From: Eledone cirrhosa
Lineage: Eukaryota
NCBI GenBank assembly: GCA_964016885.1
Contig: OZ024740.1
Location: forward strand, 81,158,001-81,222,000
Length of the DNA: 64,000 bases
Reading direction: 5' to 3'
Made by a program: the position numbers and the translations under genes. Under the pieces are notes generated by a model. It was not told the DNA's origin. It did not search any database and saw only the letters and a program-made list of their open reading frames with translations. Positions 1-13,397 of the stretch are shown piece after piece (position 1 is the stretch's first letter; each line of letters opens with the position of its first letter).

Positions 1-195
1 CAGCAATTTGGGGGGGGGGGGAGTCGATTAAATCGACTCCAATGCGTGACTGGTACTTTATTTTATCGCCTCCAAAAGGGTGAAAGGCAAAGTTAACCTC
101 GTTGTGATTTGAACTCAAATCGTAAAGATCCGTAACTCTATGCTGCAAAGCATGGTATCCGACGCTCTACCGATACTGCCAATCGACCACCCTCG
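1..195 (-). mobile_element. tRNA-headed SINE, family A (cut by the window edge)
   Basis: Reverse complement matches the other copies: GAGTTCAAATC B-box-like motif, then ctttgcctttca...ataaaataaagtaccagt core. Confidence 0.8.
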
Positions 196-249
196 CCCAT
201 GCAAAAAATATAACCACTGTAGGACTACAAAATATACATCATGAAAAAT

Positions 250-372
250 AATTGTTTCTACTGTTTGGCACAAGACCACCAATTATCCCAGTGTATTACT
301 GGTACTTTATTTTATCGACTCCGTAAGGATGAAAGGCAAAGTTAACCTCGGCGGGATTTGAACTCAGAATGG
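250..372 (-). mobile_element. SINE family A, partial
   Basis: tttctact...ggcacaag...ccagtgtattactggtactttattttatcgac...ggcgggatttgaactcag. Confidence 0.8.
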
Positions 373-904
373 CAAAAGGTTAACAGAAATAACTAAGGAA
401 CTTTAATAAAACAAATATTGTTTTCTCTCTGCAAGAAAGTCAACACATTCGAAATGGAAGCTGAATTGACGGAAAATATGGCAAACATGGAAACACAGAA
501 GAAACAGTCTTAGAAATTGCGAAACAAAATTAAATCTACATTGCAAAGGGATCTCCAGAATTCTATGCTAAAATGTTAGCAAGATAAACCCCCACATAGC
601 CAATACCCGATAAAACGGAATAGAAGGTGTAGAGAAGGAAAGTACCCAACACTGGAATCAGAGGCACTGGTATAATTGCTGCGACTGAATGATTTTTAAT
701 TGCAGAAAAAGATCAAAGCTAACCCATCAGAAACGAACAAATATGCATAATGAAGCACAACAAAATAAATCACTATTAGGCAATGCACACTCTCAATAGA
801 TTAGAAACAACCTCAAAAATAACACGACACATACCTAAGGCACACAGAGCTATTTTCGGTAATGCAGTAACAACATGCAATAAAAATGAGACTAATACCA
901 ATAA

Positions 905-1122
905 TGGTTTTTGATTTAGGCACAAGGCCAACTATATTTGGGGAAAGGGAAACTCGATTAAATCGAACCCCAGTGCATTGCTGGTACTCTATTTTATCGA
1001 CCCCGTAAGGATGAAAGGCAAAGCTAAACTCGGCCGTATTTGAAGTCAGAATATAAAGGGCCGTAACGTTATGCCGTTAACCATATTCCCCGACGCTTTA
1101 CCGATTCTATCAATCCACCGCA
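905..1122 (-). mobile_element. SINE family A
   Basis: Same core and head as the other copies. Confidence 0.8.
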
Positions 1123-1399
1123 CTAATGCCAATAATATTGATAAATACAGATACCGTTTTTCCGCACAGGAAAGCTTAGCCTATTGCGATGCATACGAAT
1201 GATACATTAGAAAAGGGAGCAATAATAGGAATTGTTATTGCAGCAATCAATCTGAATGAACCCCAGAGATGTCAAAATAATACAAAGTTATTAAATCACG
1301 TAGAACCTCAGCAAATAGATTTACAAGTTTTATAAAACACTCTGACTAGCATAGAATTGGAACATATGTCTCTGTATCAAATCTACCTGGAATACTCAC

Positions 1400-2300
1400 C
1401 CCTTACACCATCCAACTTCTCGCCGCCTTTAATCATCTAGGCGCCCGCTTATCCCTCCTGTTGTTGGTATTTTCGCACCCAGCGATCAAAATCAATGCGC
1501 ATTACATGTCCGTACCATCAAAGTTGTCTCTCCTGCACACCACCTGGGACTCCTTTAGCTCTTCCAAGCTCTGCCTTTCTCTCATTCTCTCTAGCTTAGT
1601 GTACTGTCAGACCTTTTGATTCCAAATTTTGGTTACATGGTCGGAACTTATTCTCTAGTTGTTTTATGGATTCAGCTATGAGGAGCAGATCATGTGCATA
1701 GAGAAATTCCAATGGATAGTCAGTCTAAAACACATCTGTTGTGTGCTGGAGAACTATTGAATTAACAACCGAACATTATGAACATCTACTACTTTGCATT
1801 TCTCACAAAACGCATTTCCTACTCTCACTTTATTGACAGCTCCTCTGTACATGGTTTGTACTGTTATCACAAGCCTATTTTCCTTAAATAGATAATAGAT
1901 CGAGGTAAACTGTCAACATTTTTCTCTAGATCAACAAAAGCTAGATATTGTGGCATTCTCTTGGCTAGGAATTTTTCTAGTGGTTGCCTCACTAAAAATA
2001 GGGCATCTGTAGTAGTTTTCCCAGGCATGAAACCGTACTGCATCTTGTCTAATTTGACTCTATCCCTAAATTTGATATGCTATATTTATCTCTGTCACTT
2101 TCATATCTTAGTCAATTAGTTTTATTCCTTTGTAGTTTCTCCATTCTGTAGCATCACCTTTGCGTTTGTAGCAATGTATGATTGTACTGCTGCGCCAATC
2201 ATTGGTTATGGCTTTGTCCTCTATTACCTGATTGATGATGCGGGTTAATTCTCCTGATTCTTTTAACATCTCTGCAACTTTACCATTACATAATTTCACA
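1400..2300 (-). mobile_element. Decayed RTE-like LINE reverse transcriptase fragments
   Basis: Peptide DWRSSTIIHCYKRKGDATEWRNYKGIKLID followed by QYGFMPGKTTTDA-like codons; similar to the element at 33-36.6 kb. Confidence 0.75.
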
Positions 2301-4222
2301 AACAAATCATTGGTCAACCCAAGGCTATACAAAAAGACACTTCTCCAATGTGCCACACACGGGGACAGCACCCATAACCGACTAGTTGTTCCTCATCCTC
2401 AACATATTTAAAACAGACTTAAGTCATTTCCTATTCTCGGGTGAAATGGAACAAATCTCCATGCAGAACGATGCAAACATGTATGCTGGAGGTCAATATA
2501 GTAAGTTGATAAAGTTGATTTTAGCATTAAATACGGTTGGACATTATAATAGGTTGAAATCTTATTTTATCTATTATTGAGGGTTAAATCTGAAATAAAA
2601 TGTTCCATCATGCCTGTGACCAATATTATTTCCCTACATAAGAACAAAGGGAAAACACGGAATATACTATCAAGAGAGTTATTTCAAACTATATTTTGCA
2701 ATGCTACCACACCGACGTTATATATATCGTAGCGAATATTCTGTGTTCGTAATGAAGGTTCACGGATACATTAAAAAATTAATGGATTCCGATCACTTCT
2801 CTAGGCAAGTGATTGATTGCGTTTATAGCTACATTCATAATACAGAACTTGAGACGTGGTTAATGGACTCAGTGAAATTTGACAGTGGTCATTAATATCA
2901 AAGAGACCGATAGGTTTTATAGATGTTTATATGATTCGGTATGGTCTATTAGAGTTACATGACATGGTATGAAAGAGTATGATAAGTTGATTAGTTACTT
3001 GTTAAATATTCTATCGAGGGAAAAAAAGCTGAAAAAATCCCTTTTCCCCCACGATAGGTCTATAATGGATACATTTAGTCGATAAATGTCATAACATATA
3101 AACATAAAATATGTTAAGCGGTCTTTTATGAGTATTTTGGTGTCCATGTTACGAATTTCAGCGTTAGTTCTGATATCGTTTGAAAAGGCACAAATCCAAT
3201 TTTTCTGAATATTATGGTCTAAATTGTTCCTCATTGAATATTATTGATATATAACAGGAGGTAATTATAGAACCTCTATCTGGTCGTTTCGACTGTTAAA
3301 AGCAACAGCTAAACGTTGCTAAAATGTCTTCTTACTCTCTATGAAAACAGAAGGACATATTGCATAATTTAGTCCGGAAAAATTTACATGATTGTGTCCA
3401 TAATGTTTTTGATCACCGGTGTCGCCAACCAGGACTATCCTGGAGCTAATCACGGAAATTATTAACCCCGACGATTAATATTCCAGCTGTTTCATCAAGG
3501 AAACAGCCTGCTCCAGAAATGGGCATCTAAGTGACTGGTCATTTCCAAAGTACATTTTAAGTAATTCTCAAGGTTATCCAGTCTATTAATACAAAGATGC
3601 ACACACATAAAAAGATACACACACATACATACAGAACCACATAATCTCACTCAAGCGAGATATCAGTAGATCTGGACAGCTGCCTTTTTGAACCTTTGTT
3701 TGGAAATCCAACACATCAGTGTGTGTAGTTGTGTGTTTGTTTGAGTGAATCTGTGTGCGTGTGTTGCTATATAAATACCAATACTTTCAAAAATATTTAA
3801 GCGGGTCATATACGAATATGAAATATTATATATATATATATAAATATATGTATATATATATATATTATAAAATACAGGAGGCTGGACTGGTGTAATTCCT
3901 TAAAAGGTTTATTATACCATGATTATTTCAATGACCGGGTTCAGTATGAATTCGGTGACATGATTCGAAATATAGCAAAGGAATATAATAGACAAAATCC
4001 ATGGGGCTGAAAATCAGAGACATGAGGGCGACCGAACATTTAGCAGCTTCTACCCCAGTCAAATATCGTTATAGGTAATCCAGTTAGAGGTTGTGAATAC
4101 TACGTATTGTGAATAGTTTTAGCGTACGGCGTTGTTTAATCAGTAAAACAATTGTTAGACCGTAAATAAAACCCTTTTTAGTACTGTTGACCATGTAATT
4201 CTTCACTCTTTCTCTCTCTCTC

Positions 4223-4292
<70 letters not shown>

Positions 4293-4457
4293 ATTGTTTC
4301 TACTTTTGGCACAAGGCCAGCAATTACCCAGTACATTACAGATACTTTATTTTATTGACCCCGAAGGGATAAAAAGCAAAGTTAACCTCGGCGGGATTTG
4401 AACTCAGTCCGTAAATGCTAGAAAACATGGCGTCCGACTCTCTACTGCCAATCCAAT
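4293..4457 (-). mobile_element. SINE family A
   Basis: Same core; internal deletion in the head. Confidence 0.75.
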
Positions 4458-4714
4458 GTTGTCTCCTCATGCGTTGAGATGCTATAAAATAGCTTAAAAA
4501 TAGAGTGAAGAGGGTGAAAGAAGTTGATATCCAACCCTATGAGGAATCAAACCTCATATCCAAGAGTCACATTGACTCATTATGCCAAGAGACCGTAATG
4601 ATCATTTCTTACAAATGAACCAGTTCATGCCTATACAGTATAACCTATTGAGTACCTTTTTTTAATTATGTACATCCCCCGATATACATCGGCAACCCAT
4701 CTATTATATATATA

Positions 4715-5000
4715 TATACATTATATTAATAAATGGAAACTATATTTATAAAACCATAATTATTTTATTAGAGCAACCAAGGCAAATTTTGGTGCGTTTT
4801 CATCAGATAAAATACAAAATTCGTTTTATAAATGTTAACATGCCTGCCGAAGAACAACCTTGAAGGTTGGATGTTCGTTGGATAGTCCAGCGAACCTCCA
4901 ACCGTGGTTGCCCTTAAATATATATAATAAAATAATGATGGTTTTATAAATATAGTTTCCATTTATTAATATAATGAATATTTACTCCACCAAGCTGTTG
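4715..5000. repeat. Fold-back remnant (about 45-bp inverted repeat), probable PLE pLTR debris
   Basis: tattaataaatggaaactatatttataaaaccat vs atggttttataaatatagtttccatttattaata; minus strand has ttttat-CTGATGA...ctctaataaaata, resembling the 5835 motif. Confidence 0.5.
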
Positions 5001-5240
5001 AGTGGTTTATATCAGTTATACAAATTTTAAGTTTCTTGACTTGCAACAAAATAAATATAACCTTTGTATATATATATATGTGTGTATAGTCGACAGTTAA
5101 TCAGACAGTGACAGGGGACAACCCAACTGATAATAACACCACAGCTGCAAGGAAGAGAGAGAGAGAAATTATGTTTTCTAATATTCTCTTATAATTAATA
5201 TAAACCTTAAATTTATTATACATTATTTATCATATTTTTA

Positions 5241-5430
5241 TCGGTGGATTGACAGTATCGGTAGAGGGTCGGACGCCATGCTTTGTAGCCAAGAATTACG
5301 GCCCTTGCCATTCTGAATTCAAATCCCGCCGAGGTCAACTTTGCCTTTCATCCTTACGGGGTCGGTAAAATAAAGTACCAGTAATGTACTGGGTGATTGC
5401 TGGCCTTGTGCCAAAAGTAGAAACAATTAT
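5241..5430 (+). mobile_element. SINE family A, full length
   Basis: ggtggattgacagtatcggtaga (A-box-like) ... gaattcaaatccc (B-box-like) ... core ... ggccttgtgccaaaagtagaaacaatt tail. Confidence 0.85.
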
Positions 5431-5655
5431 TTATCATATTTTTTTCTAGTATGAAGAAGTCGAAATTTTTATTGACTGAAACCGGTACAAGAAATTGTTT
5501 CAAAATAAAGTGTTTATTTTGTCTATAAAATTCTATTAGCATATACTACTGTTTTCTTATTTTCCTAGTATATGTCAACTGATGTGTCACTTCTCAACAC
5601 ACACACACAGACACACACACACACACACACACACATACACACGCATATACACACA

Positions 5656-5719
<64 letters not shown>

Positions 5720-5834
5720 ATATATTATATATATATATGTATAATGTAGGAGGTGAGTTTTATTGTAGAACAATAAAGCAATGCAAATATCGGATAGGTA
5801 GCACTCAACAGTTTATTGGAATGGAATATATATA

Positions 5835-5898
5835 TATTATCTGATGAGAACGCAAATATCGTCTCAGGATGATATTTGTTTTTGAAATGCTCATAATA
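5835..5898 (+). ncRNA. Minimal type I hammerhead-like motif (PLE pLTR type), slightly degenerate
   Basis: tattat CTGATGA g..gcaaatatcgtc-tcag-gatgatatttgt..GAAA tgc TC ataata; stem I tattat/ataata and a long stem II are seen; stem III is nearly absent. Confidence 0.6.
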
Positions 5899-5945
5899 AA
5901 ATACATGGAACTTTTTTAACCATCTTTTAATTTCTTATATATATG

Positions 5946-5997
<52 letters not shown>

Positions 5998-7670
5998 TGT
6001 ATGTTTGTGTGTGTTTGTTGTGGGTGTGATTATTTGTATAAAAGTGTTAAATAGGAAAAATGGGAAACAGTATTTTTGACAAACGAATGATAGAACATTG
6101 AAGCAATGTTTTTGATATTCTGTTTTTACATAATTAGGTTCAATAACATTTATTCCCTAAAAAAAGTTTAACTTCACGTCACTGAATTAACACGACAGAG
6201 GATATAGCTCCCGAAATGATGTACGACATATTAACAAGAGTCATGAAACAGTTCAGCTCAGAAACTCGATGGGATTAGAACCGACACTGACTTTCTAATA
6301 AAGCATTTGTTTATCGACTCATGGATATTCCATAACCTCAATTTTAGGAAATGACTGTGGAGCAAGTCGCTTAATTGTTATTTGTCGTTGTCACGGAATA
6401 ACAGCTGCGTAGTATTACTCAGCATTCAACACATAAACAGAATACTAATACAACACATATAAACAGACAGGTAATAAAACAGAGAACCTGTATGACTAGT
6501 AGACTATAAAGACACACACACACACACACATACACGCACACACGCATACACACACACATTCAGACACATACACACACATTCATGTGCATGCCACACAAAT
6601 CCCATAAAAACAAAGAGTACAAAAGATAGGAAGCAATTGGATCAAAATCAGAACGAGGATGAGAAAAAGAGCGCTAAATGCCACTGAAAATGTCATGGAG
6701 TGTGTAAGAACAAATCGTTGACATTTTGATAACCACCTTAACCACCTTTCATAGAAGGAATTAATAGTTTTTCAAATTTCTGAAATACATGTATAAATAA
6801 GTATGAAATTAGAAGTTCGTTCATATATCTTCAAAGAAATTTGGAAAGTAAAGTGTTTCCAGCTACCTGTAACTTCATTTGTGGTCTATGTAAAATACGA
6901 TGGGTCAATATAATAGAGATTTGTTTAATGTCATCTCATATGCAAGATATAAAATTATGTTACATAGATAACAAATCATTAACTGCGGTCTAGTTGTACA
7001 TGTATATGTGTGTTTCACTAAATAATACGTGCTGTCTGTATGTGTTAAAGCCATATATCTGAATCACATAATAAGCTGAGACAGCTAGACAGGTTTCGCT
7101 GATACAATATTGGAAATACAAAATTTATTGAGATTTTTCAATATCCATACTACATTTAATGAGAAATATTCAACTGTAAATTTATTTTCACGCACGCGCA
7201 CAAGCACCAACAGAAATATGTACGTATGTGTATGTAAGTATATATGTATGTATGTTTGTATGTATGTAAGCATGTATGTACTTATGTAGGAAAGTATGTA
7301 TCCATATATATGCACACACAGACACAGACACACATATATATGCACACACATACACACACACACGCACACACAGACATATATATAGATATAAACCCATATT
7401 TACGCAATTAGCATTCACACAAAACTTATGTGTGCATCTAGATTTGTGTGTAAGAACGTGTGTATGTGTGTGAGATAGAGAGAGAGAGGGATTGTCTTTG
7501 TACGTGTGTGTGACTACATATATACACACACACACACATATATATGCGTTGACAAACAAATATACATACATTAACATCTAATAACGGGTACCAATTTACA
7601 GAAATCTTATAAAACGATTATGTGCAGTGAAATATATGCAACACTGCTATATACGTACTTGTATAGTAAT

Positions 7671-8747
7671 CTGCGATACAGACTGGACGGCTCCCTGTTT
7701 GACCTGCGGCGCCTGACAGGCCAAGACAAGAACCGTGCAGAGGATCGTCCTGGAGGCACTTTTTGCTGACGACTGTGCCCTCATGGCCCACAGGGAGTCT
7801 GACCTCCAAGTCATCATCAACAAGTTCGCGGAGGCCTCCTGCCTCTTCGGTCTCACAATTAGCCTTGGCAAGACTGAGGTCCTGTTCCAGCCTGCACCTG
7901 CCTCCGTCGCCCACCCTCCTTCCAATTCCATCGGAGGCACCCAGCTAAAGACGGTGGACAACTTCAAGTACCTCGGCAGTGTCATCAGCAGCGATGGAAG
8001 CCTCACAAGGAGATAAATGCCAGGATCTGCAAGGCCAGTCAAGCCCCTGGCCGCCTGAGGACACGCGTCCTGAACCAGCACAACATCAGGCAGTCCACCA
8101 AGCTCAATGTGCACAGGGCCGTTGTTCTCACCAACCTCCTCTACGGATGTGAGACATGATCCTGTACAGAAGGCACCTGAAGCAGCTGGAACGGTTCCAC
8201 ATGCGCAGCCTGCGGTCAATCATGAACATCAAATGGCAGGACAAGGTCTCTAACCTCGAACATCTTGACATGGCTGAGACAACCAGTGAGGCGCTATGAT
8301 ACTGAAGAACCGACTTTGATGGGTTGAACATGTCATCCGGATGGAGGATCACAGGCTTCCGAAGCAACTGATGTATGGGGAACTCTGTTCAGGGAAACGA
8401 AAGCGGGGCAGGTCTATCCAGAGTTTCAAAGACTGCGTGAAGTCCAGTATCAACAATACTGGAATCGCCCCAAAAAAACTCGAGTCCCATGCTCTGGACT
8501 GAGTGGCGAGCCCTTACCGGACGCGCCAAAGAGTCTTTTGAAGAGAAGAGACGGGCATGTCACTGAGGCCCGTGAAAGGAGGAGAAAGGAATCAACAGCT
8601 GCCCCAAGCGATTCCGGTCTCTTCCCCTGCCCCCACTGTCCCCGGACCTACAAGTCAAAGATCGGCCTCCACAGCCACCTTCGTTCCCACGGCAGACGGG
8701 AACTAAAATAAAGAAGATGTCATCATCGTTTACGATGGAAAATCAAG
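7671..8747 (+). mobile_element. 5'-truncated RTE-clade LINE (RT C-terminus + C2H2 finger), frameshifted
   Basis: LFADDCAL, FKYLGS and terminal FPCPHCPRTYKSKIGLHSHLRSH; flanked by direct repeat atagtaat (7663-7670 and 8748-8755). Confidence 0.9.
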
Positions 8748-9918
8748 ATAGTAATATAGATTCGGATGTTGTTCTCATGTGCTTTATTATTGTCTACAGT
8801 ACGGTTTGATTATACAGCAGATCACAGTATTATGCCAGTAGATCACAGTAGTACTAATTAGATTTGAAACCCAAACACACCTACAGATTTACGAAATTTC
8901 CGTATAAAGCTAATATGATGACATTGCATTGTTAACAAGCTAACATTCGTGTAAAACTTGTTTAAATAGATATTCATCATAGAGCTTCCTCTATTTTCTT
9001 AATTGCTCACCGTGTTTTGCGTGATTTTGAAGAAACAATTAAATTCGAAAATATTGACGCTAGGCCACCTGATTGAGGGGGAAATTAGACTACTAATACT
9101 GTGAAATGGTACACGTGTGTCTTTGAATGACCTCCCTATTACCCGCTATATATGATAGCCAATGGAAAATTTGTTGTTAACAACATACTCTCAATATTGG
9201 TGACATCACGGTATTCGAGAACTTCAATGTTAGTAACGACCTCCTTCTGACAGATGTAGTGATAGTACACATACAACACTGATATAATATATCGAAGACG
9301 GTAAAGACTGTCAGAGTCCCTTAGCTTAATGATTACGCAGTTATCCGCAGTCTGAGAGATATCAAGGTTCAATTTCTAATAGCGGCCGATGGCAACGCCG
9401 TTTTCCGTTTTCAAGTGTTGTCACCCTATTTTAGAAGCTATTTTAATGCACCTCAAACACATAAGCATATCATCCTTTATATAAAATGCCGTCGGGGTCA
9501 TACTTTTTCCTATTTCCCACTCTACTACCCTAACCATTGAGTACTCTGGTGCGTTATGGTCCATTTGGTTCCTTACCACAATTCCTTTGTTATATATATA
9601 TATATACAATACATTAACAGAGAAAGCCTTAAGCTATACTCTGACTGGTTTCCATCTCACTCAACAAACATTAGGATATACCTTAGTATAATCCCAATTT
9701 TACGTTTGGGGTGCTAACTATATGTATTTTGCGGAAGACCAGTAGTATTATTTTATATGAGACATAATTAAAATATATCTCCTTTTCCAAACAATTGTTT
9801 CATTATAAGTTTTCTACAAGTTGGGAGGATGTGTCCGCGTTATGTAGATGCCTTCACAACATTCCGTAGGAATATATGCAGGTGGGCACTTATAAATCAT
9901 CAGTGGATGCCCGTCAAA

Positions 9919-9994
<76 letters not shown>

Positions 9995-9997
<3 letters not shown>

Positions 9998-10230
9998 TAT
10001 AAAATAACAGGTTAAAGTGTAAGCAAAGAATCACTGCTTTCACCCTTAACGGGATCTTCTGAAACTAAAGAAAAAAATCAATCTCTGAACGGAGAAGTAA
10101 ATATTTCGAAAAACGTTGTAACCGAATGAAAACACTAAGACGATACTTTGGGTCGTGAAGACATTCCTTGGCAATGAACGGAAGAAAGCTAACATAATAC
10201 GTCGTTATGTGGAGTGATGAGATCAAATAC
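9995..10230 (-). repeat. Dispersed repeat related to 28020-28378 (probable PLE pLTR family)
   Basis: aaaataacaggttaaagtgtaagcaaagaatcactgctttcacccttaacgggatcttctgaaac is the reverse complement of 28305-28375; short ends also at about 27265 and 30930. Confidence 0.7.
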
Positions 10231-10764
10231 ACGCAAAGGCTAAATCACGTTTATGGTGTAAATGTGTAAATGGAATCATTAGACTAATATTCTATTTAGG
10301 AAACCGAATGATTCTCAGCTTCGGAGTTAAGGGTAATGTAAATAAATTAGTTGAATGAAAATGACAGAGATTATTAAAATCATTAAAGTAAACATATATA
10401 CATACACACATCTCTATACATACATATACGTGCATACGCGAAAACACACACGGTGCATGCATATACATGCGCGTACACATGCATATACATGCACGCGCGC
10501 ACGTACGTAAACAAGCGCAACACATATACCCGCACACATATATATACATATATACATACACATATATACATACACCACATACACATATATATACATATAT
10601 AAATATACACGCATAAATGCGTATACAACGCACACACACACACATACGTACATGTAAAAAACATGTTCAACAAACATACATATATCACACCCTATGTACA
10701 CATATACACATCATACATACGTGAAAATGCACAGACACACTCATACATACCCAATGAAAATCCA

Positions 10765-10820
<56 letters not shown>

Positions 10821-11032
10821 CATATATACATATATAAATATACACATACGTACACACATACATATATATAAATATCATATATATAATTATCATATAAATC
10901 CACACACGCAAAACAAATATAATACACGTACATACACTTACGCATATATGCATACCCATACATCCACACACACACACCCAAGCACACCCACACACACACA
11001 CACACACATATATAAACATACACATACATATA

Positions 11033-11307
11033 TAGAATAGAAAACGAAAAATCAGTGTTGCATCTGGACTCAATTTATTGTGTGTTACAATTGTTTCGCC
11101 GACGGACAGCTCGAGACGCGATCACTGGGGTATCTGATACCCAGTGAGAGAATATGCTCCCAAATCATTAGACGTGTCCGTCGAACCTGCGGGTCCAGAA
11201 GTAGACAACCACACAAGGATCGCGACTCGAGCTGTCCGCAGGCGAAATAATTGTAACACACAAGAAATTGAGTCAGATGCATCACTGTTTTTTCGTTTTC
11301 TATTCTA
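11033..11307. repeat. Imperfect fold-back with about 90-bp arms
   Basis: 11033-11123 is an inverted copy of 11218-11307; each arm contains GAAA-caattg-TA, typical of the 3' half of a PLE hammerhead. Confidence 0.7.
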
Positions 11308-11380
11308 TCATACTCTGCTCTGCAAGAGCATAGTGTGCTCAACCGGCATACAGTCTATGGAAGCATCTTAGCTACCATCA

Positions 11381-11448
<68 letters not shown>

Positions 11449-11469
11449 CACACATATATACATATATAT

Positions 11470-13090
11470 ATATTAATAAAAGGAATTCCAACTTTGTCTG
11501 ATTTACTCGTTTTATTTACAATCCTTTAAAATTTATAATGGTATTAGAATGAAATAGTATGGTAAAATATTAAATGTTAAGTGTTAATTGAAGAAGTATT
11601 TTGATGCTTTCGCAATCTTCAGGTTTTTTATTCTGTGGTGACAGTCAAGTTGCAATTTTCAACTGTAATGAGATGGCTAAATTGTGTGCCTTATATACAG
11701 TGAAAAGTGGGTTCAGAATTCTAAATTCTGCAAACTATATTTCGACCAATCAGTGTGTAGTTTCACTGGATTACTAAAGCTGATTGGCTTAGGCGTCACG
11801 GCTGGTCGAGCATGTCTAACGACTAATATTTGACCCTATCCAAAGCATCAATTGTTTTGCTATTTTTAGAAATGATGAAAATACCATTTTTAGTAATCAT
11901 CACCTTTATTATTATTATTGTTGTTCTTGTTGTTGATAGTGGTAGTACTCGACATGGTCGTAGTCATAGTCATAGTAGGAGTAATACCCCATTATTATTG
12001 TCCATTTAGCATGGGTTGGAATTTATCAAAAACATTCTTTTCTTTGATTTTTCTCTTGATTTCACATGGGCTGTGCAATTTGTAGAATGGAAATATTATA
12101 AATATTCTCTGACCACATGTTGCTAGATGGTTACTGAGGGGTATCTGACGGACATTTGGGTCACTGATTTGCTGTCGGTGCACCCGTGCACGTTCCGATA
12201 GTGCATTTCTAGTTCGACTGACATATAGTTCTTCACAATTCGGGTATTTAATGCAGTAAATTAGATTTCTGCTTTTGCAGTTCATATTTGCAGTTGGGAA
12301 TATTTTTCCAGTTTTTGTGTTCATATATTGACCGTTGTGTATGGATTGACATGTGCCACATCGACTATCTTTGCATTTAGATAGAGTGAATGATTGGTCT
12401 TTGTTGGTAAGGTCAAACTTTGCTTTTGTTAGTAATTGCTTCAACTTTTTCGGCTGTGTTTTACTAAGAGTCAAAGATCGATCTGTGATTAAGCCTTTTA
12501 ATTCATTACTTTGAGCAATAATCGGTAGGTTTGCTTTGACAGTGTTGAAGATATTCTGGTGACATGGGTTCTGTGTCGTTATAAATGGTATGACCAGTTC
12601 TTGGTTTCTTCTTCCTTGGGTTGTCCTAAGTTGTTGTATTGGTATTTTTATAGCCCGCTGTATGCCATTTTCTATAAGTAGAGATGGGTATTTTTGTTTG
12701 AGCAAAAATTCTCTCAGTTCTGTTAGGCGTTTGTACCTGGTATTCGTATCTTCTACAATGGTACAAATTCTTCTGGCTAGGCAGTGTGGGATGTTGCGTT
12801 TCGTATGAGGTGGATGGTACGACTTAAAATTAAGATATTGATGGGTGTCTTTGTGTTTATAATATATATCAGTGGTAATGGTGGTGTCGTTTTTGATTAC
12901 CTTTATATCTAGGAATGGTAAATTGTTACTACTCATCTCTTTTGTGAATTGGAGACATGGGTGTAGGTTATTCAGGAGGATATTGAACTCATCCAGAGTA
13001 TCTAGAGATTTTGTCCAGATCTTTCAATGTACTTTCTAAAGTCAGTGCTATATTTCACCTCTATTTCTTGGTAGAGTTGTTGTTCTAAAT
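11470..13090 (-). mobile_element. Penelope-like element, 5'-truncated (RT thumb, linker, GIY-YIG endonuclease, 3' region)
   Basis: ORF 11995-12936: LPFLDI, TDIYYK, HP..TKRNIP, CxxC, NLIYCIKY..CEELYV..T..LSERARVH. Confidence 0.9.
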
Positions 13091-13097
13091 ATCACAC

Positions 13098-13397
13098 ACT
13101 GACTTTAGAAAGTACATTGAAAATTCTTGGAAGAGATACCTTGGCACATGTCAATCCATACACAACGGTCAATATATGAACACAAAAACTGGAAAATATT
13201 CCCAAATGCAGATATGAACTGCAAAAGCAGAAATCTAATTTACAGCATTAAATGCCCGAATTGTGAAGAACTATATGTCAGTCGAACTAGAAATGGACTA
13301 TCGGAACGTGCACGGGTACACCGACAGCGAATCAGTGACCCAAATGTCCGTCAGATACCCCCTCAGTAACCATCTAGTAACATGTGGTCAGAGAATA
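13098..13397 (+). mobile_element. Inverted partial copy of the same PLE, left half (interrupted by the Helitron)
   Basis: 13142-13397 is the reverse complement of about 12104-12360; it resumes at 27663. Confidence 0.9.

Noticed and set aside
5241-5330. tRNA gene
   Set aside because: A/B-box-like motifs belong to a multi-copy SINE head; no full cloverleaf seen
10292-11073. ORFs rich in YI/CV/HT, also at about 5.6, 7.1, 27.3, 28.6, 47.5 and 62.6 kb
   Set aside because: Microsatellite translations
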